DNA of 62,643 bases, counting the filler, from Chiloscyllium plagiosum (lineage: Eukaryota): the NCBI RefSeq assembly GCF_004010195.1. It is 5 parts of one record of this genome, joined end to end, with 100 filler letters (N's around TTAATTAATTAA, not from the genome) between each part and the next. Parts side by side here need not be neighbours in the genome. Positions count along the whole stretch, not along the records: positions 49,196 to 57,280 come from NC_057710.1; positions 57,381 to 62,643 come from NC_057710.1; 3 more parts are not named here. One strand, 5' to 3'. The translations under genes were made by a program, and so were the position numbers. The notes under the pieces are model-generated. The model was not told the origin of the DNA. It did not search any database and saw nothing but the letters and a program-made list of their open reading frames with translations. Shown in pieces: positions 50,338 through 62,169 of the stretch; the first letter of the stretch is position 1, and the number at the start of each line of letters is the position of its first letter.

Positions 50338-51779
50338 TAACAGATACACGGGAACACCATCCACTGCAAGTTCTCCTCCAAGCCACTCACCATCACTGTC
50401 GCTCGGTCAAAATCCTTCCTATGGACATTGTGGGTCAACCCACAGCACATGGACTGCAGCAGTTCAAGACGGCAGCTCACTACCACCTTTTCAAGGAGGC
50501 AACTAGGGATGAGTAATAGATGCTGGCCCAGCCAGCGTTGCTCAGGTCCCATGAGCAAATACAAAATAAAACATCTGGCTCATGAGAGAAAAGAAACTTT
50601 CTCATGCCCTTCTTAAATGGGAAACCCCTTTTTAAATTGTGCCCACTAAGGAACAGAGGAGTCATGAATTTGAGGAGGGAAATTATGATGATAACAGATT
50701 TGAAAAAAAGGGATACAGCACCTGAGGAACAGACATCATTCAATGCCTGCTTAAAGGGACATTTGCAGGTTTGCAGTTAAATTCCACGCCTTTATGTCTT
50801 ATCAATAACCATTCGAAGAATTCCTCAGGATTCTCCGAAGAGTAATTGCTGGCTAAATTAAATTTCTAAATTTTGAAATGCAACTGCAAAGGAACTCCAT
50901 ATAATGTCTAACTCAGGACTGTACGAGTTCATCAACAATTCAGACACTGTCTGTTGTTTCTGCGTCAGCTCCAGTCTTCTATGTTCAATGTTATGTCGTA
51001 TGCAGATAATAAACATTAGATTATAGAAATAAATCAGATATATTAACCCTAGGAAGTAGAGGAAGAGAGGAGAGATGGAGTGTCTACACATAAAAAGAAA
51101 TCATTTATATTCAATAAGAAGACTTCACTGCCATACACATATCGCTGTATATATTTATATAATTCAATAAATAGGTCTTAAACTATCAGATTACTGAGGA
51201 ATCAAGTGACTTCAGTCACTTTTACATCCAATCAAATATCCAAGATTGCACACTGACTCAATGGCATCGGTAACTGGTGAGGAAATCCTTGTGGATAGAG
51301 ATAAACTGACTTTGAATGTCTGTGGCCTATAGCTGAACATAGTGCTCTCCTATGGAGACAAGACATCAATCTCCCTGGCTTAGGAACAAACAATTGGATT
51401 TGAGACCGCTCATTATGGATGATGATGCGATAGTGTAGGGGGACGAGCTGAGAATAGTTCACAGGTTGGTGCAACATCGAGGACCAAAGGACCTGTTCTG
51501 CACTGTATTGTTCTATGTTCTATGTCTTCACAGGCTCACCTTCTGTTGAGAGAGAGAGGGAAAAAAAAACCTATCTTCATCTCTATCCTAATAAGCAGTC
51601 TTAACCCAGATGAAATCAAATCTGGGTCACTGGCGCTGTGAGGCAGCAGAGCTGACCACAGAGCCACCATAGCATTCCCTGAGCTAAGCAAGTTTTTATC
51701 ACATGGCAGTGAATGCATGGAACATGCTGCCAAGGGAGGCAATAGAAGTAGTTATGATGTCAGCAGATATGATGGCAGA

Positions 51780-52035
51780 AGTGGTGGCTCAGTTGTTAGC
51801 ACTACTGCCTCACAGTGAGCCAGGTTCGATTCCAGCCTTGGGCGACTGGTTTGTGGAGTTTGCACAATCTCCCCTTGCCTGCATGGGTTTCTTGCCATGG
51901 TGTAATGATCTGCCAGTTAAGTGGATTGGCCGTGGGAAATGTAAGGTCAAGGGTGTGGGTCTGGGTGGAATGCTCTTTGGAGGGTTGATTTGGACTCAAG
52001 AGGCTAAATGGCCTGCTTCCAAACTATAGGGATTT
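51780..52035 (+). mobile_element. Diverged HE1 SINE
   Basis: gtggctcagttgttagcactactgcctcacag, V-domain remnant. Confidence 0.75.
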
Positions 52036-52219
52036 CATGGTAGCAATGTTGAGAAGCACTGATAGAGTGGATAGCCAAAGACCTTTTCCAATGGCGGAAA
52101 TGTCTATCACGAGGGGGTATAATCTTAAGGCAACTAGAGGAAGGTTTATGGGAGATGTCAGAGGTAGGTTCTTTACTCAGAGAGTGGTGGGTGTGCCAAA
52201 TGAACTGCCAGCAATAGTA

Positions 52220-52946
52220 AGCTTTATTCCTGATGAAGGGCTTTTGCCCAAAACATCGATTTTACTGCTCCTCGGATGCTGCCTGAACTGCTGTGCTCTT
52301 CCAGCACCGCTAATCCAGAATCTGGTTTCCAGCATCTGCAGTCATTGTTTTGCCAGCAGTAGTAGTAGAGTCAGATACATTAGGTACATTTAGCGACTCT
52401 TGGATAGGCATATATATTTAACAAACCCATATCATTTTACTTGCATGACACTGTAACCTTTTGCTATAAATTCTGTGTCTTATGGTCCTGCTTCACAGCT
52501 ACCTGATGAAGGAACAGCGCTCAAAAAGTTAGTGCTTCCCAATAAACCTGTTGGACTATATCCTGGTGTTGTGTGATTTTTAAGTCTGTTTTATGATCTA
52601 CACCTCCCTACTACCATGAGTCACTTGTGAATTTAGCTACCATGCCTTTGATCTCTCCACCAAGTCATTGAAAAAAAAAATTGAGGGCCCAGCTCAAACA
52701 CCTACAGGGTCCCACTTGTCATATTCTGTTAATCTGAAAATGACCCAATTATGCATATTTTCTGTTTGCTGTTAAAAATCACACAACACCAGATTATAGT
52801 CCCAGGCTTAATTGGAAGCACTAGGCACCTGATGAAGGAACGGCGCTCCAAAAGCTAGTGCTTCCAATTAAACCTGTTGGACTATAACCCGATGTTGTGT
52901 GATTTTTAACTTTGTACACCACAGTCCAACACTGGCATCTCCAAAT
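52220..52946 (+). mobile_element. Cluster of PLE mini-cassettes (A at ~52220-52350; B at ~52415-52582 and ~52772-52946) inside CR1 relics
   Basis: Cores with GAAA mutated; flanking duplications tgccagca(a/g)tagta and tttctgtttgctg. Confidence 0.8.
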
Positions 52947-53439
52947 CATTTCTGTTTGCTGCCAGCAAGCCAATCTTCTAGCCATACTTGTATGTTATAC
53001 CACAAGGTCCTACTTTGTAATAACCTTGCATGTGAAACCTTGGCAAATGGCTTCTGGAAATCCAAATACAGTACATCAATGGGCTCTCCTTTATCCACAG
53101 CACACATTACTCCTTTAAAGGATTCCAAAGAATTAACCAAACATAATATCCCTTTCACAGAACTAGACTGGTTGCATGGGTTTTTTCCAAGTGTCCAACA
53201 ATAACCTTCTTACTGGTCTATTCTTATGCCTTCCGAATGATTGACCTCATAGCTATAGTTTTCTGTTTTCTACCTCTGTCCTTTTTTGTGCAGAGGTGTT
53301 AAATTAATTATTTTTCAGTCTGATGGATCCAATCCAGAGTTTAAGAAAAATTGGAAAATTAACACTAATCCTACCTCATTGACCACTTCTTTTGAGATCA
53401 GAAGGATGAAGCCCATCTAGGTGCGCAGACCTCCATCAG

Positions 53440-53580
53440 GTAGAAGTGGGTACTGCAGATGCTGGAGATTAGAGACAAGACTCCTGATGAAGGGCTTTTG
53501 CCCAAAATGTCGATTTTCCTGCTCCTCGGATGCTGCCTGACCTGTTGTGCTTTTCCAGCACCACTCTAATCTTGACTCAT
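53440..53580. mobile_element. PLE family A cassette, 11-bp TSD
   Basis: acctccatcag at 53429 and 53581. Confidence 0.85.
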
Positions 53581-54125
53581 ACCTCCATCAGTTTGCTCAG
53601 TACAGCCTGCATTGTGATTGTCATTTGACCATGTTCATTTTTTTTCCTTTCACTTCCTGATTTATAACAATGACTGGAACAGTTTTTGATTCCTCTGCAG
53701 TGAAGACAGAAACAAACCATTTGTTCATTTCATCCACCATTACCTTATTATCAGACCAGAAGACAAAAGACACAGGATTAGAAACAATCCATTCAGCCCA
53801 ATGAGTTTGCTCAGCCATTCCATGAGGTAATGGCAGCTCTGATAATCCAAGTGCCCAGTTTTAATCACCATAACAATTGATTCTAGCACTTTTCTAGTTA
53901 TATATATCAACCCTATAGCTTCCTGTATTCTGCCTCCCTCTCTTGTTGAATAAAGAAGTTATATTTGTTATTTCCCAATCTAATGAAACTATTCCAGAAT
54001 CGTAGAGATTTTGGAAAATTAAGTTTGACACATCTAATACCACCTTAGCACCATTTTTTTAAAACTCCTAGGTCAAGTAGGACTCAAAGACTTATCAATC
54101 CTTGGATTCATCAGTTTACTCAGTA

Positions 54126-54575
54126 CATAATTACTATTGTTCATACTTTCACCCAAGTTCACCTCTCCCTTCCAGCTCCTGATTTACAGTTACTATTGGG
54201 ATACTTTTGTATCCTCTAGGTAAAGATGGAAACAAAGTACTCAAAGAATCATAGAATCCTTGCACTGTGCATGAAGGCCATTCGACCCATCAGGTCCACA
54301 CTAACCCACTGAAGAGCATCCCACCCTGATCCACCCCCCCATCCCTGTAACATAATTACTATTGTTCATACTTTCACCCAAATTCACCTCTCCCTTCCAG
54401 CTCCTGATTTACAGTTACTATTGGAATACTTTTGTATCCTCTAGGTAAAGATGGAAACAAAGTACTCAAAGAATCGTAGAATCCTTGCACTGTGCATGAA
54501 GGCCATTCGACCCATCAGGTCCACACTAACCCACTGAAGAGCATCCCACCCTGATCCACCCCCCCATCCCTGTAA
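54126..54575. repeat. 225-bp tandem duplication including an HE1 tail; the SINE continues to ~54815
   Basis: 54126-54350 versus 54351-54575, three substitutions seen. Confidence 0.9.
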
Positions 54576-55581
54576 CCCTGCATTTCCCATGTTAATCCAC
54601 CTAGCCTACATATTCCTGGACATTGTGGGGTAATTTAGCACGGCCAATCCACCTAACCTAGACATCTTTGGACTGTGCAAGGAAAGCGGAAGCACCCAGA
54701 GGAAGCCCATGCAGACATGGGGAGAATGTGCAAACCCCACACAGACAGTCGCCCGGGGGTGAAATCGAATGCGGGTCCCTGGTGCTGTGAGGCAGCAGTG
54801 CTAACCACTTAGCCACATTAATTTCATTTATTGCATCTGCCATTTCTTTATTATTGGTCATTCTCACCCAGTGGAGAACGAACATCATTTTATTTGTTCT
54901 TTGCCCTTTTATATCCCTCTGAAGACTCTTGCTATCTGTTTTTTACATTTCTAATTAGCTTTCTCTTATGTTCTGATTTATTTGTCCTAATTAATCATTT
55001 AGTCATTCTCTGCCATTCCTTGTAGTTTTCTTTATTGATTTGCAGAATGTGGATGTCACTGGCTAGGCCAGCATTTATTGCCCATCCTTAATTGCCCAGT
55101 TAAGAGTCAACCACATTGCCATGAGTCTAGAGTCACATATAGGCCAAAACACGTAAGGACGTTAGTGAACCTTATGGGTTTTTCCAGCATCAAAATGGTC
55201 ATTTTGACTCATAATTTCAGATATATAATCTTTTCTTTAATTTCACCATTTGCCATGGCAGGATTTCAACCTGCATCCCCAGAACACTAAAATGATGTCT
55301 GAGGTAAAATATGGAAGAAGGGTCACTGGACTCAAAATGTTAGTAGTGTTTTCTCTCCACAGATGCTGATGAGCTTCTCCAGCAATTTCTGTTTGTGCTC
55401 CCCCAAACATTACCTGAGTCTCTGGTTTAATAAGCCAGCAATAATATCACTAGACCATCATCTTTCCACGTCTGACTGCCACTCACTTTTGTCCACTCAA
55501 ATGTTTTTGCCTTATGTTTGGTGGTCTATTTAACATACTTAGTTAAGCACAGATGCTGGGTGCTTTCCTTTGTTGCAGGAC

Positions 55582-56360
55582 AGTTAAAAATCACACAACA
55601 CCAGGTTATAGTCCAACAGGTTTAATTGGAAGCACTAGCTTTCAAGGCGCTGCCCCTTCATCAGGTGGTTGTGGAACAGGACCAGCAGACACAGAATTTA
55701 TAGCAAAAGGATTGCAGCTGTAATTGTATATTAAACAAATTTAGATTGAGACATCTTTTAGAATGGAATATGCTAGTTTCGTTTCTTTAATATGTAAATC
55801 CCATAACTCCATTTAAGTTACATTCTCAAGTTAGCTTCAGCTTTTCTAACAATAGGTGTCATCTCAGCTCAGACAATGCATTAAAAGTGTGAGGTTAAAG
55901 TCTGTCTGTGTCCCAATGCTGAGTCAGATTGGTTCTATTTCTAAAGTGGGACTTACAGAATCTTACATGGATTTATGCCGTTTTTGAGCAAAATAAGATG
56001 TATTTCTACAAATACAAATTCACCCCATAAACTTAAATGCGTGCATGTGCAGGAGCGACAGAGTGAGTGTGTGCATGTTACTGTGTGGGTGTGGGTGTGA
56101 GTGCATGTGAAAGAGTGCGGGTATGTGTGTGTGTAAGCTTTGTGAAGTGAATGTAATGGGGTATAAACCTGTGAGCGGGTGTGTGCGTGAGTGCGAGTGC
56201 CGGAGGTGCATGTGTGTGTCTGTCTTTATGTGAGAGAGCTTGTGTATGAGAGAGGGTCTGTGTGAGTGTGTGTGCGTGAGGGAGTGTGTAGTGCAGTGGG
56301 GTCATCTGCAGTATGACATGAACCCAAGGTCCTAATTGAGGCCATCCCTATGGGTACCTA
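55582..56360 (-). mobile_element. PLE family B 3' end (last codons, UTR, hammerhead-like core)
   Basis: Homologous to 36840-37225 and 23165; ttgcagga on both flanks. Confidence 0.85.
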
Positions 56361-56807
56361 TTGCAGGAATGTACCTATTCCAAAAATTCTCTCCCAGCCT
56401 GTTACACAGCCATGAGCTAATTTTCCAGCCATCCCACTTTCCTGTCTATTGCTAACATGGAGGAAAATTCATCCTAAACTTAAATGCTTAATTTATAAAG
56501 ACCATACACTTGGAGCTATTTGTACTAACTTGACAAGACCTTTTTTTTAATTATTCATGGGATAAGGTGTTGCTGGCCAGGCCAGCACTCATTGCCCATC
56601 CCTAATTGCCCAGAGGGCAGCGAAGAATCAAACACATTGTTGTAGGTCTACAGTCTCATATCATCCAGTCCAGGTATGGATGGCAGATTTGATTCCCTTA
56701 AGGATATTAATGAACCAGATGGGTTTTTATGACAATTGACAAAAGTTACATTAGTCCAACATTTTATTCCAGATTCCTACTGATACAAATTTTACCATCT
56801 ACTATGA

Positions 56808-57280
56808 TAGACAATAGACAATAGACAATAGGTGCAGGAGTAGGCCATTCTACCCTTTGAGCCTGCACCATCATTCAATATGATCATGGCTGATCATCCT
56901 TAATCAGTATCCTGTTCCTGCCTTATCTCCACTATCTTGATTCCACTATCCTTGAGAGCTCTATCCAACTCTTTCTTAAATGAATCCAGAGACTGGGCCT
57001 CCCTCTGGGGCAGAGCATTCCACACAGCCACCACTGTCTGGGTGAAGAAGTTTCTCCTCATCTCTGTCCTAAATGGTCTACTCCGTATTTTTACGCTGTG
57101 CCCTCTGGTTCGGCACTCACCCATCAGCGGAAACATGTTTCCTGCCTCCAGAGTGTCCAATCCTTTAATAATCTTATATGTCTCAATCAGATCCCCTCTC
57201 AGTCTTCTAAACTCAAGGGTATACAAGCCCAGTCGCTCCAGTCTTTCAGCGTAAGGTAGTCCCGCCATTCCAGGAATTGA
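56808..57280 (-). mobile_element. CR1 3' end (distinct subfamily) with 7-mer tail
   Basis: LEFRRLRGDLIETYKIIKG; (atagaca)3. Confidence 0.9.
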
Positions 57281-57380
57281 NNNNNNNNNNNNNNNNNNNN
57301 NNNNNNNNNNNNNNNNNNNNNNNNTTAATTAATTAANNNNNNNNNNNNNNNNNNNNNNNNNNNNNNNNNNNNNNNNNNNN

Positions 57381-57604
57381 ATGAGTTCGGTGGGGCAGGA
57401 GCAGGCTGAGACAATGGGTCGGCCGGGACAGTCAGGTTTGTGGATTTTGGGCAGGAGGTAGAAACGGGCAGTGCGGGGTAGTGGGACTATGAGGTTGGAG
57501 GCGGTGGATGGGAGATCCCCTGAGGTGATGAGGTTCTGGATGGTCTGGGAGATGATGGTTTGGTGGTGGGAGGTGGGGTCATGGTCAAGGGGGCAGTAGG
57601 AGGA
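57381..57604 (-). mobile_element. Penelope-like RT N-terminal fragment
   Basis: RTARFYLLPKIHKPDCPGRPIVSACSCPTEL. Confidence 0.9.
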
Positions 57605-57619
57605 GCCCTCCTCCCCTCC

Positions 57620-58770
57620 TCCTTTCTGGTCAATGCTGATCCCCAGGATGTTGATAATGGGAGATTTAGTCAAAATGGCATTGAATGTCCAAGGTAATAG
57701 TTAGATTGTCTCCTGATGAAGATGGTCATTGCCTGCCACTTGTGTGATGTGACGGTTACTTACTGCTTAACCGTCCAAGCCTGGATATTGTCCAGATCTT
57801 GCTGCATGTGGACATGTACTGCTTTAATATCTTAAAGTTGTGAATGGTGCTGTACATGACCAATGGAGGGAAGGTCATTAATAAAGCAGCTGAAGATGGT
57901 CAGGCTTGGACACTACCCTGAGGAACTTCTGCTGAGATGTCCTGGAGCTGAGATGACTGACCTCCAACAACCACAACCACTTTCCTATGTGTCAGGATGA
58001 TTCCAACCAGCAGGGAAATTTCCCCAACGATCTTCATTGATTCCAGTTTGATCGGGCTCCTTGATGCCACGCTCAGTCAAATGTGGTTTTCATATCAAGT
58101 GCTGTCACTCTCACTTGCCTTCTGGAATTCAGCTCTTTTGTCTATGTTTGAACCGAGGCTGTAATGAGGTCAGAGGCTGAGTGACCCTGATGGAACCTAC
58201 ACTGAGCATCACTGAGCAGGTTATTGCTGAGCCGGTGCTGCTTGATAACACTGTTGATGACACCTTCCATCACTTTACTGGTGATCGAGAGGAGACTGAT
58301 GGGCAGGAATTGTCCAGGTGGGGTTTGTCCTGCGTTTTGTGCACAAGAAATATCTGGGCAATTTTCTAGATTGTTGAGCAAATGTCAGAATTGTAACTAT
58401 ACTGGAAAAGCCTGGCTGGGGAAGCAGCAAATTCTAGAGCAGAACTATTGCTGGGGTGCTATCAGGACCGATAGCCATGCAGTATCCAGTAGCTTCAGCC
58501 ATTTCTTGATATCACATGGGGTGAATCGAATTGGCTGAAGACTGGCATCTGTGATGGGAGTGTCAGGAGAAGGCCAAGATGAATCATCCACTCAGTACTT
58601 TTGACCAATATAGATGCAATACTTCAGCCTTATTTTTCGCACCAGAATGCTGGGTTCCGCCCCCACCCACCCCCATTATTAAAGATGGAAGCATTTATGA
58701 AGCTTTCTCCTCCAGTAGGTTGTTCAATGGTCAACCATCATTCATGACCGGATGTGGCAGGAGCTTGGAT
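57620..58770 (-). mobile_element. Second LINE family RT region, decayed
   Basis: PISLLSITSKVMEGVIN...LLSDAQCRFHQGHSASDLIT. Confidence 0.8.
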
Positions 58771-59784
58771 CCCAAAGTAGACAATTTGTTCAAAGCACCA
58801 GAATGTGCTCAATGCACTCCCTGTAACACTGGTGACTCCAGTGATCGGCTCCAGACACATATTTCTGAATTCAGGTGAACATTCAGCATTGACAGGTACA
58901 GAAGCAGGTTATTGTCAGTAGGACTGGGTGGCTGAGGGGTTGACTGTGAGTGGGGGTGGTTGTGGGAAGGGGCATTAATGTAAGGAAGTGTGAGTATGGG
59001 AGGGGGATCATCTGAGTGGGGGTGAGGGGATTTGTGTGAGTAGGTGTGGGTGCAGGAGGTGGTGTCAGGTGAGTGGATACAGTTGTGGGACAAGGTTAAT
59101 GTGAGTGGGAAGTGGGTGGGTGAGGGGGAGGGATTAAAGTGAATAGGTGTGGGTGTGGGAAGGGGTTCATCTGAGTAGTAAACGGTCAGTGAACTTCACA
59201 TGGTCAGGAAGGGGTGATCTGGAGCGAGACATAGCCTGAGTGCATGTATAGCTCAGGGAATTTGGAGGCCGAGGGGAAGAGGCACATTTTACATGCTTCC
59301 TCTGCTCATAATTTGTAAGGTTTTTCTGAACAGGGTATATTGAAGCCCCAGGATCAGGGGCCCAACACAAAACCGTAATTTTATTGTTTGGTAGTAGTGA
59401 CTAATTTGACTATCTATTATAGGTTGCTTTCAGACTGATGGTAATTAGAAGAAATATTTATTGGCTACAAACTAAAAAGAGCCATGCAAAACTTTTAAAT
59501 ATCAAATTAAGAATTCAGTGATTAAAATAGTATTGTTGGCTCAGGTGATATGCTGTGCCTGCACAATGTGAGAGCTGGTGAACCCTATTATCGTTCATAG
59601 TGACCACATCTGTAACACGTGTTGCATGCTTGAGAAATTCCAGCCCAAAGTTGTTGAGCTGGAGTCTGAGCTTTGGACGTTGCCTTACATCAGGGAGGAG
59701 GAGAGTTACCTGGATGCTGCATTTCAGGAGGCTATCACACTTCTTAGATTAACTACCTCGAATTCAGTCAGTGGTCAGGGACTA

Positions 59785-60000
59785 CCAGCTATCATCACCA
59801 AAGGAAATGACATCACCAACCCAAACAAACCCAAAAATATGAATAGAAAACAGGAATCATGTACAGTGCTTCGCCTGAGGCCCACTGAAGATTTACTTAG
59901 TATGGTGACGAAACGTCTGGAAATGAACCTTCCAGCTCAGCGAGCAAACCTACATCCAGAACCTCAACCTGAGCTATAAATCTTCTTGAAACTCGCTACT
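59785..60000 (+). mobile_element. Probable PLE terminal repeat (family C) with hammerhead-like core at 59882-59920
   Basis: cca-CTGAAGA-[longer stem II]-GAAA-CG-TC-tgg. Confidence 0.6.
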
Positions 60001-60125
60001 ACTAGCTAAGCAAGTGAAGAGATTCGAGAGGTAGGGCTGAAGGAGACTCAACCCTGAGCTTGTCTAATAAGTTTGAGTTTCTTGCACCCTGTGTGGATGA
60101 CAGCAGGGGTTGTAGGGAGGATGAG

Positions 60126-61097
60126 TCAAAAAGTGTAGCGCTGGACAAAGCACAGCAGGTCAGGCACCATCTAAGGAGCAGGAGAGACGGCATTTCGGGC
60201 ATAACGCCTTCATCAGGAATGTGGCTTGTGGGCTGGGGATCTGAGAGATACATGGGGGGTTGTGGTGGTAGGATTGGGGAAAGGTACGTGGGATGGCAAT
60301 ATGCGGATGCAGGTAGGAGGTGATTCTGATTGGTCGGAGAGGAGGGTGAGAAGGAAGATGGACAGGTGAGACAGTTCAAAAGGGCACTGGGGAGTTGGAG
60401 GGTTGGATTGGGGATGAGGTGGGAGGAGAGGAGATTTGGAAACTGGTGACGTCGATATTGATGCTGTGTAGTTGAGGGGTCCTGAGGCAGATATGCAGCC
60501 TCTTCCTCCAATTGTGTGGCTTGGAGTTGGTGGTGGAGGAGGCCCAGGACTTGCGTGTCCTTGGGGAAGTGGGAGGGGGAGTTGAAGTGGTTGATCCAAT
60601 AGAGATTTTCCTGCACGCCCTCCTACCTCATTTACGGCATCCATTGCTCTCGATGTGGACTCTCTACATTGGGGGCCAACCGTGGAGTGTCTCAGAGAAT
60701 ATCTCTGGTCTGCACACACCAAAAAATCCCACCATTCTGTGGCCAACCAATTCAACTCTCCCTCCCACTCCCCCAAGGACATGCAAGTCCTGGACCTCCA
60801 CCACCAGCAAATCAAAGCCACCTGCCAACTGGAGGAAGAACGCCTCTGCCTTGGGAACCTCTGACCATCTCATCCCAGATCCAACCCTCCAACTCGGCAT
60901 TGCCCTTGACCTGCCCATTTTCCTTCCCACCTCTCCACTCCACCCTCCCCACCGACCTATCATCGTCACCTCCGAGAAGGGCTTAAGCCCGAAATGTCGA
61001 GTTCCCTGCTCCTCGGATGCTGCCTGACCTGCTGTGCTTTTCCAGCGCCACACTTTCCGTCTCTGACTCTCCAGCATCTGCAGTCCTCACTTTCTCC
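60126..61097. mobile_element. ~1-kb inverted PLE family A element with GIY-YIG remnants in both arms, 16-bp TSD
   Basis: ttgtag(g/a)gaggatgag at 60110 and 61098; VANQFNSPSHSPKDMQVLDL...LEEERL. Confidence 0.9.
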
Positions 61098-62169
61098 TTG
61101 TAGAGAGGATGAGCATACTGAACATAATGGTATGGTACAGGGAAACATTCAAGATGGGGGGAAAAAAGAGAAATGAGGTTGTAATCGGCAATTGTATAGT
61201 CTGGGGAATAGACACTGTTCTCTGTGACCAGGATTGAAAATCCCAAAGGCTGTGTTGCCTGCCTGGTGCCTGGGTTCAGGATATCTCATCAGAGGAATAT
61301 GGAGTGGGAGGAGAAGATCCAATTGTTGTAGCCTACATAGGTACCAACAAGATAGATAGAAAGGAGTTTTACTGAGGGAATATGAGCGATTAGGAGCTAA
61401 ATTAAAAGCAGAAGCAAAATGATAATAATCTCTGGATTACTACCTGAACCATGAGGTTCAATAAGATTATTGTGTGGTTCAAATTCATGGGACATTGACA
61501 AGGACATTGGGGAAAGAGGGAGCTGATCTGAATGGGACGGGCTCCACTTGAATCATGCTGGGACCAAAATCCTGATGAATCACATAACTAGGGCTATAGA
61601 TAGGGCTTTAAACTAAATAGTGGGGGGGGGAGGGAGGGTGCAGTTGCACTGGCAAATCATGGGAAAAGTTAATGGGGGGAGGGCTCTGCAGAGATTACTG
61701 AAGTTTTCAGAACAAGTAATAGGACAGAGAATATGGAAAGGGTCAGGAATCTAACCTCAAGCACAGCAAATAAGGGGACAACTCCGAGAAGGGGCTCAGT
61801 CAATGCAGGACTGAGGGAGTTATACTTAAATGCACACAGTGTACGGAGCAAGGTGAATGTGCTTGTAGCGCAGATTGAAATTGGCAGTTACAATGTTGTA
61901 TCACAGAGATATGGTTGTGAGGGGATCAGAACTGGGAATTAAATATTCAAGGATACATATCCTATCGAAAGGACAGGCAGATGGGCAGAGGTGGTGTGGT
62001 TGCCTTGTTAGTAAAATATTAAATTAAATCAGTAGCAAGAAGTGACATAGAAACGGAAGGCGTAGAATCTGTGTGCGTAGATTTGAGGAACAGAAAGAGA
62101 ACCCAATGGGAGTAGTGTAAGGCCTCCTAGCAGTAGTCAGGATGTGGGGAAGCAAATAAATCAGGAAAT

